DNA of 64,000 nt from Cyanophora paradoxa CCMP329 (Eukaryota; Plantae; Glaucophyta): assembly GCA_004431415.1 (NCBI GenBank), contig QPMI01000642.1, positions 1-64,000 on the forward strand, read 5' to 3'. The notes under the pieces are model-generated. The model searched no databases. It saw nothing but the letters and a program-made list of their open reading frames with translations, and was not told the origin of the DNA. Below, piece by piece: positions 10,671 through 23,038 of this stretch. Both the position numbers and the translations under genes were made by a program. Position 1 is the first letter of the stretch. The number at the start of each line of letters is the position of its first letter.

Positions 10671-10765
10671 ATGGTAACAAAGTTGACTAAGTTGACTAAG
10701 TTGAGTCATCTTAAGAAATTCAAGGAGACTAAGAGTTCAAATTGTTTATGAAAAGTGAGTCAACT

Positions 10766-12466
10766 TCAGGCGAAGCCTCTTTCTCAAACCCAAAAACCGC
10801 CGAGCGAAATTCCTTTTTTAACCTTTTTTTCCACTCGAGATCCCCCCTGCTAAATAATTTCCGTGTCACACTCCCTCGAGGCAGAATTATTAATTCTGCC
10901 TCGACACGGACGCGATTGATGGACATTACACAGCTGCCCGAACCCCCACAGACCCCTCTAGATCCATTTTTAGCGTCCTGGCTCCCCTAAGACGACCGCT
11001 CCCCCGTGGACGTCGCGCGAACATCGAATTTCCCTCTGGATCAATTCCGGTACTTAACCCCCGACAAACACAGTCCGAGTCAGAAGGTGGGACCCGTTCC
11101 CGCCCGGTCCCGCGACGAAATCGCGCCAGGGACACCCCAGAACGATACAGAATGCCGCGCGAGGGCGAGCGCATCGCCGCAAGCTCGATTTCGGGCGCCG
11201 TCGACGCTCCAGTGCGAAGGGCCGGCCGAACATTTGATCCAGCCGGTTCCGGCCAGTCCCGCGACGCGCGCAATCGATGCGTACTGGCGCGCATAGACAT
11301 AGCAAGGCCTGCGCACCCCCGAAATCCGCTTTTCGGAGCCGGAACAGCGCACGAAGGTACCCGACGGCACAAAATTGGATCTTGCACAGCCCCGGACATC
11401 TTTCCGCGCGCCCGCGCCGCGGCACATGCGCGGAAGAATAGCATAAGCATTTAAGATGTAGAAGAAGCCTTTCACAAGGTCTCTAAATGCGCCGGGCCGC
11501 GAGGACCCAGCCGACCCCGAAAATTCGATCCTCTACAGACCTGAAGACCTTTTCTTGCGCGCTCGCATCCTCGCGCATGCGCATCGCTACAATATTCATT
11601 TGAGATTTTAGCAAAGCCTTCCACAAGCTTCGAAGACGCGAAAGAGCACGAGAACCCAGCCGACGGCAAAAATTCGATCCTGCACGGACCCGGACATCTT
11701 TCCGCGCGCCCACGCCGCGGCGCATGCGCGGAACAATAGCATAAGCATTTGAGATGTAGGCAAAGACTTCCGCACGCTTTGCGTATGCGCCGGGCCGCGA
11801 GGACCCAGCCGACCCCGAAAATTCGATCCTTGACGGACCTGCACAGCTTTCCGCGCGCCCTCGCATCCTCGCGCGTGCGCATTGCTACAATAGTAATTTG
11901 AGATCTTTGTTAAGCTTTTCGCGAGCTCCGAGGACGCGACAGGGCGCGAGAATCCAGCCGACCCCGAAAATTCGATCCTGCATGGACCTGCACGTCTTTC
12001 CGCGCGCCCTCGCCTCCGCAGCCCCGCACATCGATGCTATATGCATTCGATCGCGACATTCTGTTTAAGCGATTCGCAAGCTCTGTGCATGCGCCTGGCC
12101 GCGAGAACCTCGCCCCTCCCGGGCCTCCTTCCCAACAATATTATAATTAATCTCTTCTCAATCTGCTCCACCCTTTAGTTCCCCCCGCAGTGCTGGTGTC
12201 TAGAGACTGTGGCCGGTAATTCACCAAAAAAAAAATTTAGTTCCGAAGTTCCTCAGTAAATTAATATTCCTCTAGCCGGCCAGCGCTAGCTGGACTGGCC
12301 GTCAGCCAGCCAGCTTCCAGCCAGCTGCAGAAAGCTGTTCGCGATCGGCCAGGCCCGGCCGCTGGCCAGTCGCTGAGTGCCCTATATATATAGGCCTACT
12401 GTAACAGCGGCGAGGGCGTCCGCGAGGCTTCGCCGTACTTAGTGCTCCGCAGGAGCACGGATCTTG
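10766..12466 (+). mobile_element. Non-autonomous Helitron2/Helentron-like element, copy 1 (~1.7 kb)
   Basis: 5' TC; asymmetric subterminal IR ggcgaagcctc / gaggcttcgcc; 3' hairpin gtgctcc-gca-ggagcac then ggatCTTG; inserted at T|T with no TSD; internal ~150-bp subrepeats. Confidence 0.85.
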
Positions 12467-13179
12467 TAGACCACTTATGGTAACAAACTTAAATATTTAA
12501 TTGATTTAATCGGAAAAGAACATGATTTAATCGAATTTATTGATATAATTCCGATTAGATTCATTTAGGATTCAATTAAGATTAATCGAAGTTATAGATA
12601 TAATTCCGATTAACTACAATTAAGATACAATATCGATTAATCGAGTTTATCGATATAAAATCGATTAAATTAATTGAAAATGCATTTAAAAATATGAAAA
12701 TTCATGTGAAAATTCAAATAAATTAATCGATTTTATTGATATAACATCGAATCACACATATGAATATTCATATTTTAATCCTGAGGCGGAACGCCGAGGG
12801 ATTAAAATATGAATATTCATATGTGTACTGTATACGCTGTACGTGTAAATATACAGCGCTGTCCGATCCGGATCCGATGATCAAGGAACTAGCTATACGT
12901 ATGAACGTACGTATGCGTACTGTATACGCGTGTACATGTACAGCTAGCGCTGTCCGATTGATGATCAAGGAACTATTTGAAGATCGATTACAAATTTATC
13001 AAGTACGAAAAGGCGAAATCTGGCCTCATTTATCAGAATATCGCGGGTCGATGCAATCATGATCATGATCATGCGAAAAAGTTCGAAAAATTCGAAAGTG
13101 TCCGATCCCGGAGCGGAGCATGCGACGCTGCAGGCAGCAGCGGCCGCTCTCGCTTCGAATCGAGTCGCTATCTAGAAAT

Positions 13180-16100
13180 CTAGATGGAAATGTTGTGGGC
13201 CAACTGGCCCCAGAAGGGCGTGTCCCCGCTCAGCACCTCCACCGACTCGACGCGGCGCCCCGCGAGCGTTGTCTTGCCCGAGCCGGCGCCCGCCGCCCAG
13301 CGCGGCGCCTCCTCGCTCGCGCGGCGGACCTCGCCGGCGCGCTCCGCGTCGTGCACGCGGACCGTCGCCACGCGCCCCTCTGCGGCGCCCTGCGCGACGA
13401 CCGCCACGCGCGGCGCGGAGAGCGACTTGGCGACGGCGGCGGCGAGCGCGTCGCCCGCCGGCGCCGGCTCGCCGAAGGCGACGCGGACGTCGACGTAGGC
13501 CGGCAGGCGGCGCCAGCGGCGGCGGACGGCGCAGTAGAGCGCGCAGCAGGCGACGAGGATGAGGGCGCAGCCGCCGACGACGACGGGGATGATGACGGCG
13601 GGCGCGTAGTCGGGCAGGCCCTGCCAAGAGGGTCAACGGGAAAACGGAAAGTGGGAAACATCAACGGCGGACGTTGAGGGTGATGGACTGCAGCTGGTAC
13701 GGGGCGGCGGACGAGGGGGTGCCCGGATCGAGCCAGGCGAAAGCCTGCGCGGGGCTCGAGCTCGATATCGTGAAAATCGCATTTAAACAAGAGCTAGATC
13801 GAGCCTCTGGACGCACGCTAGGGATGACGAAGGGGCCCTGCTGAGCCGAGACGAGAACGACGTCTGCGAAGCTCTTCTTAGGAAGATTCGCGGCTGTGTC
13901 GCCTAGGCCGGGCGGCGCACCGTAGAGGGTGTTCAGCGCGCGCTGGCGCAGGGCGCGGCGGAGGTTGTTGCGGATGCAGCTCTCGGCGTAGAGCGGCGAC
14001 GCAAAGTCGACCTTCGCGCTGGAGATGACCGACGCGTTGGGCGCCTTCACGCCGCACGTGCCCGCCGGCCCCGTGTAGCCGGGCACCTTCCAGCCAGCGC
14101 TCCCGGGGTCCGGGATCTGGATGTACACCTGCGAATTCAAGCGCCGGTCAACACTCCAGAATCAACAATTCGCGGGGCTTAAGCTTGAGCTTAATTTTTA
14201 TAAGCTTATATATCAAGAATCAAGAATCAACAAGCTAAAGCTGTAAACCATGGCCACGAGCGCGACGCGGCCGGCGCACGATGACGGAGTCGTCGGGCTG
14301 GAAGTTGCACCCGTTGCAGCTGATGGAGACCGCCTCGGACTTGGTCGCCGGCACGATCTTTTGGATGCCGATCACCTGGAACCGGCCGACCTGCGCAGGC
14401 GGAGCTCGTCAAGTGGATCTAGAAACGGGAGGCGCGAATGGATGCTCACCGGGAGGAAGAAGATGTACGACTTGGGGAAAGTCGCATTGCCGCACGACGT
14501 TGCGAGCACGATGTCGTACGGCGTGTCTGGCCATGGGCGGCTCGGGTGAGAAGCGCGGCCGACGCGGATGAGTCGCAATCGCGATAAATCGATCGCGCGC
14601 ACCGACGGCGAGCTGGTTGTTGGGAACCTGGGCGGGCGCGGGCAGGGAGAAGGACAGGAGCGAGCCGTTGGCGGCCGAGGCGAGGTTCGAGACGCGCGTG
14701 CCGCCGATGTAGAGGGCGAGGGCGGGGTCGGCGACGGGGAAGCCGGAGCCGCTGATCGCGCGCGTGACAGTGCCGTTGAGCGAGCTCGAGTTGACCGGCA
14801 GCACGGCGCCGAATGTCACCGCTGCACGGAGCGTGAGACGCCGCGAGCGGGCGCGCGACGAGCACGGATATTTGCACCGAGCTTGCAGCAGCTGTCTACG
14901 CGTTCAAAGCCTCGGAGTCAGATCGTCGCATGTGCCGCAGCCAGATTCAGATCAAAGGGTTACGCGGACCGGGCAGGACGAGGTGGAGGAGCGTGGGGCA
15001 GCCGGCGCCTGAACACGCTGTCGTGCCCTCGAGGAGCGCGCGGCCCGTCGACGCCGGCGAGGCCGGCAGAGCCGATATCGATGTCGCCGGCAGTGGCGAC
15101 TTCCCGGAGGTCTCCGGCGCGCCCTCGTCGCCGGCGCCGCGGAGGCGTCTTTTCCCGCAGCTTGCCCGGCAGTTGCAGGTGCTCCTCATTGTCGAGCCCA
15201 CGATTGACTGGGCCACGAAGCCGTCGGTGTCGCAGGAGTCGCAGGCCACTGTGCCGGCGCCGGCGCTGCATCCGGCCGTGCAAGGACACCGCTGGCAGGT
15301 CTGATTGCACGCCTGCACGGCGGTCGCGCCGGCCGACGTGTTCGCGGGCAAGAGGCCGTTGACGCAGTTGGTGCACGCTCCAGCGCTGGTGTAGGCGAGG
15401 AGGTGGCGTCCGGGAGACACGGCCTCGGCCTCCGCCTCGAGCTCGGGGGCGGTGGCCAAGCTAAAGTCGAGCGCGTGCCGGCGCGCCGGGCTCGTGCAAC
15501 TGGTTGGGCAGGCGCCGCATGTGAGGGTAATGCAGCTCATGCAAGTCTGGCAGACTTGGCCGGCAGGGACGAAACCACCCTGCAGCGGCGCGGTCAGACT
15601 AGGAAGCCCAACTTCTGGGCCGGGTGAGACAAGCACACACCTGGCAGTTCGCGCATTCGGAAGCGGCGAGAAGGTTCCTGCTGTGGCCCCGACGTAAATC
15701 GGCAAGGCAAGGGTTGCAGGGCGTCGGCGGCGGTGTCGGGCTGGGGCTTGGCGAGGGGCTGGGCGACGGGCTGGGGCTAGGCGAGGGGCTGGGGCTGGGC
15801 GACGGGCTCGGCGTCGGCGTCGGTGGAATCGGGACAGGAGGCGCAATGCCGACGAAGACCGACGACGTGTTCAGCCCGCTGCGAACAACCTGCGACGCGT
15901 CGAATATTTAAACGACTGCGAATTTCGCGGTGATATCAAAAGACCTGAGAGACTGATGCCAGGTCCGCGTTCGTTGGGCCGGCGGGGCCGAGCACCACCA
16001 GAGAGGGGTACAGCCGCAGGGACGAGATCGCTAGTCGCGGGGGGCGCGCGGAGGTCAGTTGAAGAGAGAAGCTTGTGGCAGAGTTCGCCGGAGCACACCG

Positions 16101-18624
16101 GCGGCGGTGCCCTCAGCGGACGGAACGATGGCGTACGCCTTGGCGTCGGTCGGTGCGGCGTCGGCGCCGGGAATGACCGTGGCGCAGGGGAAGAACAGGA
16201 AGGGCAGGCTGGCCTTGGACGGAGAGAAGGCCTGGCCAGAGCGAAACCCTCCGTTGGATAGGCGCGAGAGCATCATGGCATCGCGCACTGCAGCTGGCCA
16301 TGCATATGGATAATATGAATTACAATTATAAGCGCACCGGGAGCAAGGCGTTGTATGTTGCGTTTGCCGTAAGGGACACACTGCGCACCAGGCGTCGGCG
16401 AATATTTCGGAAGGGCGAAAAGATATCGATCGAACAGGGCAATCGCACCTGCCGCCGGGCGCGAGGAGGCTGAAGTGGACGAGGGAGACGCGAACCTCGG
16501 TGGTGCTCGGCGCGTCCGCTGCAGCTGTGAGGTGGCGCCCGGGCGGGCCGGCAAGCTTGAGGTCCTCCGACGCAGCCAACGAAGGCTCTGGCTCTGGCTT
16601 TGCTGGTGTGCCTGCGCGCAAAATTCGAATCCGTCGCTCACGGTTGAGGAGGCTGCAGCCGCAAATCGGACGCGGAAACGCACTCTCGCGATCGTCGCTG
16701 AGGAGTCCTCGTCTATAGGCGTCGCAGGAAATGCACGTCGTGCCCGACACGTACCCCAACCCGTCCGCCCGGCAGTTCTCGCACGCTGGTTCCGTCCCGG
16801 GGCCGCCGCACCCGCGGCAGACGCGTACGGCGACCGGCGTCGGCGTCGGAGTCGGGCAGTAGGTGTTGCAGGCCTGGCCTTCGGGGATCACCCCGTCCTC
16901 CCCGCAGTTGGAGCAGGTCGGCGGCCCCGCCGCGAGCTCGAGGAGCCCCCGGCGCCTCGGCGCCGGCACCGGCGCGACGGCGCACGGCTCGCACTTGCGG
17001 GGCGCGGGCAGCGCGAGGAGGTACAGCCGGCCGTCCTGCTCGGCGACGGCGGCGCTGTAGGGCAGCAGGGGCGACGCCGTGGCGCTCATGTTGCGCGGCA
17101 CGTCCGCCGAGGCGGCGATGTCGTCCAGACGGAGCGCCCGCACGCCGAGGCCCTCCGCGGCCACGAAGAGCAGGCCGGCCGTGGGCGCCAGGACCGACGC
17201 GAAGGGGCGCCCGACGGTCTCCGGGAGGTCGACACTCTGGTTCAGCGATAGGACGCCGGTGGCCGCGCGCAGGCCGCGGCGGCCCTCCGCGAGCTCGTCT
17301 ACATCAAGACCTGTCGGCGAGGCGTCGGCGTCAGCGCACGAAATTGCAACCGAAGGGTGGCCCCGGCCCGGGCGCACCATCCTCCGCGGCCGCGAGGCTT
17401 CGGCTCTTGGCGGCGAAAGGCGCCGGCCCAGCGACATTGTTCACTCGGTCGACGACTCCGATCGCGAGGTCGTTTCGAGCTTCCGGGCGGCGCCCCGAGA
17501 CGACGTAGATCTGGATCGGATCGGATCGGCGCATACGCGTCAGACCCCCGGCCGCACACGTGTGAGCGAGACAGACTGCGCATTCGCGCACGTACGTTGT
17601 CCCCGTGCGCGTGGACCCCGACGATGCCGTAGGCGGTCGAGCTCTTGAGCCGGAAGACGGCGGTCAGGGCCAGAGGCGCGGTGCTGATCTGCAAGTTCGA
17701 AGGCGGCGTGAGTGCATGCAGGCGCGATCGCGAGGCATGTGGTTTTATGCGGCCGTGCACGTGCACACCTGGAGGACGCGATCTTTCGAATCAGCAAAGT
17801 ACGCGAAACGACCTGTACATGTGCGCGACATCAGATGGAGATTCCGCGACGCGGCTCCGCCGCGAGCTTAAGCGCACCGGCGGGGTCGATGGTGCAGTTC
17901 TTCGAACCGCGAAGCAGCTTGCTGCTGCCCATGGCGAGGTCCGCCCCTGTCAGCGTCGCAACGACGGTAGTCCATGCCGGCGGCGCGAGCTGCGCATGCG
18001 CATTCGAGCGGACGTCAGATTCTTAAGCTTCCAAAGCTTATAATTAGATGAACTGGAACTTGGGGCGAGCCTTCACGATGTACGGGCTGGACGTTGAGGC
18101 CGGATCCTGGGCTCCGACGGCGGCGATGATCGAACCATCGGCGGGCGACGAGAGGAAACAGAGGACAGCCTCTCCGTTGACGCCACCAGCCGAGTCGAAC
18201 GAGCTCGCCGAGAGCTGGTTCACTGCGCGCGCGCGCGGCGCGGCGTGCGAGCGGGCGCTGATCATCAGCTCAAGCTAGCAATCGCGATCGGCGGGTCGGA
18301 AAACTCTAGATCTCTCCGGCTATAGCACTGCGCATGCATCCAGCAGCAGCCTCCGCTATAGCCAGCCCAGCGGCCGCGGGCGCTATAGCGCTGCGCATGC
18401 GATCGGCGAATTTAAGCAAGCGCACCTCCGAGCGGCCCGGCAACGAGCTGGTCACTGAGAGTGCCCGCCTCCGCGAAGTCGAAGGCGGCGGAGATCGCCG
18501 AGAGCTGGAGAATGAGGACAGCAAGGCCGACGCCAAGAGCGGCGCTGGCCGGCCGGCGCCGCGGCCTCCTGTCGCGCCTGCAGCTGCTAGCGCTAGCGCT
18601 GCGCCTTTCCGCCATGGCCATCAT
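13180..18624 (-). CDS. Multi-exon Cys-rich type I membrane/cell-surface protein (signal peptide, CxxC modules, (SP)n linker, IPT/TIG-like segment, TM helix)
   Basis: Signal-like GVGLAVLILQLSAISA near 18500; PTPSPSPSP at 15720-15830; ISGSGFP IPT-like exon; TM VIIPVVVGGCALILVACCALYCAV at ~13530-13600; stop at 13180. Exon boundaries are approximate. Confidence 0.7.
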
Positions 18625-19511
18625 CGAAGGCTGAGCCGGGCGGGCCGGTACGCGCGACGCGCAGGGCCGCATGCAAATGTAGGCTGGCGGGCCGGTTCGC
18701 GCGACGCCGTACGCGCAGGGCCTGCATGCAGGCAACACGTGCGGCAGCAGCTGATGATCTCTCGTTCGTATTTGTGCGGCCCGGCGCCGGGCCGGCGGTC
18801 ATGATCAACTTTTGAAGTTTGAACGCCGGTCAGACGGTCTAGTACGTACGCGTATACCCCGCAAACATATGGTGGCTACTACTAGCTATGGTACTCTTCC
18901 GAATCGATTGGGCTCCGGTACTCAGTACTAATGCGGCAGATGTACCCCCTCGCCCGCAGCTGCTGGGGTACACGCAATTATCCACGCATCGGAGGATTCG
19001 ATATTCGGAGCTCGAAAGGGTCGCCGTCACAGGAACGGTTGGCGATCCGGCCGCGCCCGGACGGCGGACGGCGGTTAATTAATATTACCGTATATAACAG
19101 ATCGAATATTAATTAATGCACGCATTATATGTGACGCATAATATAGACTTTATATAGTATTATTAATGCATCCCCAATTTAATGCGTTTACAAATTACGA
19201 TTAATGCAATTAATCAGGCGAAGCCTCTTTCTCAAAACCAAAAAGAAACGGACGCAATTCCTTTTTTACTCCTTTTTTTCCACTCGAGACCCCCCCTACT
19301 AAATAATTTCCGTGTCGCGACTCCTCGAGGACGAATTATTAATTCTGCCTCGACACGGACGTGACCTCGTACTAGCCACACAGCTCCCCGAACCCCTACA
19401 AATCAGGCGAAGCCTCTTTCTCAAAACCAAAAAGAAACGGACGCAATTCCTTTTTTACTCCTTTTTTTCCACTCGAGACCCCCCCTACTAAATAATTTCC
19501 GTGTCGCGACT

Positions 19512-19575
19512 TTTTTTTTTGAGAGACTACGGTGGGGCGAACCCCCCGTAGGTAGTGATATTAAAGACAACAAAG
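19512..19575 (-). mobile_element. 64-bp polyA-tailed retro-insertion (truncated SINE/LINE 3' end) with 12-bp TSD
   Basis: TSD cgtgtcgcgact at 19500-19511 and 19576-19587; T tract; hairpin ctacgg-tgggg-cgaa-cccc-ccgtag; absent from the duplicate copy near 19310. Confidence 0.8.
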
Positions 19576-21364
19576 CGTGTCGCGACTCCTCGAGGACGAA
19601 TTATTAATTCTGCCTCGACACGGACGTGACCTCGTACTAGCCACACAGCTCCCCGAACCCCTACAAACCTCTCTAGATCCATTTTTAGCGTCCTGGCGCC
19701 CGTAAGACGACCGCTCTCCCGTGGGCGTCCCGCGAAAATCGAATTTCCCTCCAGGATCAATTCCGGTACCGGTACTTAACCTCCGACAAATGCAGTCCGA
19801 ATCAGAAGGTGGGACCCTGTCCCGCCCGGCCCCGCGACGAAATCGCGCCAGGGACGCCCCAGAACGATACAGAATGACGCGCGAGGGCGAGCGCATCGCC
19901 GCAAACTCGATTTCGGGCGCCCTCGACTCTGCAGTCCGAAGAGTCGGCCGAGAATTTGATCCAGCCGGTCCCGCCCGGTCCCGCGACGCGCGAAATCGAT
20001 GCGTTCTGGCGCGCATAGACATAGCACGGCCTGCGCACCCCAGCGATCCGCTTTTCGGAGCCGGAACAGTGCAGGAAGGCACCCGACAGCAAGAATTCGA
20101 TCCTGCACAGGCCCGGGCATCTTTCCGCGCGCGCACGCCGCGGCGCATGCGCGGACCGATAGCATAAGCATTTCAGATGTAGAAGAAGCCTTCCACACGG
20201 TTTGCACATGCGCCCGGCCGCGAGGACCCAGCCGACCCCGAAAATTCGATCCTCTTCAGACCTGAACAACTTTCCGCGCGCCCTCGCATTCTCGCGCATG
20301 CGCATCGCTGGTATATTCATTTGAGATTTTATCAAAGCCTTCCACAAACTTCGAAGACGCGAAAGAGCACGAGAACCCAGTGTTGCAGTAGGCATATATT
20401 CCCATTATCCTAAGTCCCTGTAGACCTGTACCCCTAGTCTGTACCTGTACCCCAATGATACCAGTCCCCAGCTAAACTATGCTGGCAACATCCCTCGCCT
20501 TGGGACGCTGCGCGCACTCCGTGCTGGAGTAGCTAGCTCAGCTGCTCTGGCCGAGTCCGTGGTCAACGAGGCCGCGCGGTCTACGCGGGGGGGAGTGCGC
20601 CGGGCCTGCGGTCGGCCCATCCTACCAGCTAGCGACTACGGGAGGGATTGGAGCGTCAGCTTGCAGCTTGCAGCCCCGGAGCCGATCGCGTGCAGCCGGG
20701 TCGGCGCACGAGGGGCAACTTCCGGACAGGCGTCGCGCTCGCGCAACCGCCTCGCTGGACGCCGCTGGCAAGCAAGAAGGACACCGTGCACACACGGTGG
20801 GGGCCCGCGCGTCGCTCGCCGCATCGCGGTCGCGACTTCCCCGCGCGAGTCCCGGGCACTACGCTTCAGGGATCCTGCGCGAGGGCTCGCCCGTAGCGTA
20901 CGATTCTTTTGCGTAGAGAGAGCTCCGCGCTCGGGTTCTGCCCAAAGCGCGCAAGCACTCGTGCCTTCCGACCGACGCCAAGAGCCAGGTGGTGTCGGCG
21001 CTGTCGTAGCGACGCGACGCGGCGTGCGCGGCTCCACGAGGAGCTTACCAGTGCATCACGTGCAGTGATCGGAGGCCGACGGCGCGCGCGGAGCTCGCGG
21101 GGCGGAGTACCAGTGGCAACTCTCGGGCGCGCGGCGGTTCACCCTCGATCGAGACTGCCACGACGCCCGCCTCAGCGCAGCGCACTCCACGGCCTGTCGA
21201 AGGGGTAATCTCTGCCGAAATTTTCGGCCCGGCCCGTCGCAGGCTCGCCAGCCCAGCGCCAACCATCGTCCCGTCCTGGCCCGCGGACGGCTCCACGCGC
21301 CGCGCGCCACCGTCGCACCCCCGACCGTCTCTTCTTTCTTCCCTTCATCCTGCATCACTCTACG

Positions 21365-23038
21365 ATGTCGTCGTCGTCGTCACGGCACACGCGGCCGCAT
21401 CTTGCTCGCGTCTGCGACTTCTCTCAGATCGCCGAGGTTGCAACATCGCAGGTGATGCCGCAGCACCAGCAGTACTCCCGGCAGATACAGCCGACGACGG
21501 AGCCGACGCTGGTGAAGATCAACAACTGCACCGTCTACTCTTTCGGTTACCCGATGACGCACGCGAACGTCAAGCGGACGCTGGAACAGCTGGATGGTGT
21601 AGTCAACCGCAAACCCTTCTTCGCTGGCACCGCAACCACGCCTGAAGAACGCACTCGTTGTTCACTGATGCTGCGGGAGCTGGCACAAGTCCTTCCGGCG
21701 GAGGAGCAGGACCAGTACCGGGCGCGCCTCGCGCAGCAGGTGGACTTCGACAAGGCCCTCGCGAAGTACGAAGCGGCGTGCGCGGAGCAGAACAACGTGG
21801 TGGAGGCCCTCAAGAACAACGCCGAGGCGACGGAGGCGCAGAAGAACGCCGCGCAGGCGCAGCTCAACGCGCGCGAGGCGACGCTCATCGGGGTGCGGGA
21901 TTTGATGCCGAAGACGACTCTCCGCTCTTACGATGACTTCTGTGAGTACGCACGATCACGCATCGACGAACGCGACAAACGGAACCTTTCGGCATGGGCG
22001 GACACCATGTACTACGGGATCCCGCCGAAGCTTCAGTTCGACCTGACGGTGGAGGCGCTCCAAGTCTCGGGCACACGGGTGACACCGACGCTCATCATAC
22101 AGAAGCTGGACGCCCAGATCGCCCTACGCGCCCGTGAGCACGACGACACCTGGGAGGTCTACCGGGAGGAGGCTGACCGGAGACGAGCTAACTTTGACTT
22201 GCTGGTCGACAAGGTGATGCCGAAGCTGCGCGAACTTCGACAGAAGACCGAGAGCGCCTTCCCGAACGACCCGGGCCTTGCGACTACGTCCTTCATCCAA
22301 CAGGCCCAGGACTGGCTGGAGGACCCGGAGATCAGGCGCAAGTCGAAGCTCGTCACCCTCCTCGCCGGCGCTACGCCGACAAGCGCTGAGTCGGGAGGCC
22401 CGGCACGTGCAGTCTGCATGACTCGCACAGACGTCGCTGAAGACACCCTCGACCCGTCGCCGTCTAAACGCCCGCGCCACGAGCTCGAGTTGGCCCCGTC
22501 AACGTCGGCCCTGTCACCAACGTCCAGCGCTCCACCTGGCCCGACGCCGAACCTCATCAAGCAGATCGTGGAGACCACCATCGCATGTCTCCGCGACCGG
22601 TTGGTGCAGGATGCTGCTGCGTATGCCACAAACCCGCAGGGGGCGCCCACGCACTTCGCTGGTCAGTTCGACTACGAGTCCGATGGCGAGAGCGAGATCT
22701 ACCCGCCCAGCGGTGCCGGGGTCATGGGCTCGAGCCCGGGTCTTCAGTCGGCTCCGTACTCCCAGCAGGCTCCCCCGTACCCGTTGCCAGCCGGCCCTCC
22801 TCAGCTCCCGTCGCCCTACACCTCGACGCCTGTCGGCCTCCCTCAGCTCCCGGCACCGCCAGTGTCACCGTCCATCTGCATGCGCTGCCTGGCCCTCTTC
22901 CAGCTGTCGTGGCCTCTCGTGCACCGCTTTGATGACTACTCTCAGTGCGTGGCTGCCTGTGCCCTGGCGGGCATCCCGTTGCCTCATGGCGCGCCGGCGC
23001 TCCCGCTCGACTGGCGGGCGCGGCTCGGCCTCCTCTGA
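21365..23038 (+). CDS. Gag-like protein (coiled coil, Pro-rich tail, atypical C-x2-C-x11-H-x7-C knuckle)
   Basis: Only long intronless ORF with protein-like composition inside the LTR element; 557 aa; CMRC...H...C near the C-terminus. Confidence 0.7.
   Translation: MSSSSSRHTRPHLARVCDFSQIAEVATSQVMPQHQQYSRQIQPTTEPTLVKINNCTVYSFGYPMTHANVKRTLEQLDGVVNRKPFFAGTATTPEERTRCSLMLRELAQVLPAEEQDQYRARLAQQVDFDKALAKYEAACAEQNNVVEALKNNAEATEAQKNAAQAQLNAREATLIGVRDLMPKTTLRSYDDFCEYARSRIDERDKRNLSAWADTMYYGIPPKLQFDLTVEALQVSGTRVTPTLIIQKLDAQIALRAREHDDTWEVYREEADRRRANFDLLVDKVMPKLRELRQKTESAFPNDPGLATTSFIQQAQDWLEDPEIRRKSKLVTLLAGATPTSAESGGPARAVCMTRTDVAEDTLDPSPSKRPRHELELAPSTSALSPTSSAPPGPTPNLIKQIVETTIACLRDRLVQDAAAYATNPQGAPTHFAGQFDYESDGESEIYPPSGAGVMGSSPGLQSAPYSQQAPPYPLPAGPPQLPSPYTSTPVGLPQLPAPPVSPSICMRCLALFQLSWPLVHRFDDYSQCVAACALAGIPLPHGAPALPLDWRARLGLL

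Larger units (their letters stand above)
1..13100 (+). mobile_element. Endogenous Polinton/Maverick- or virophage-like DNA virus (right arm; left end outside window; interrupted by a Helitron at 10766-12466)
   Basis: AT-rich, intronless, co-oriented genes for primase-helicase, GIY-YIG, pPolB and rve integrase against a very GC-rich, intron-rich host. The sequence resumes after the Helitron with atggtaacaaa, as at 10671. The right boundary is approximate. Confidence 0.88.

Noticed and set aside
9901-10765. CRISPR-like array
   Set aside because: The units are ~385-bp homologous tandem copies without unique spacers, there are no cas genes, and the context is eukaryotic.
10729-11882. ORFs inside Helitron-like copies (also 19527-20395, 26565-29642)
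   Set aside because: No Rep/helicase motifs, and frames are not preserved between copies.
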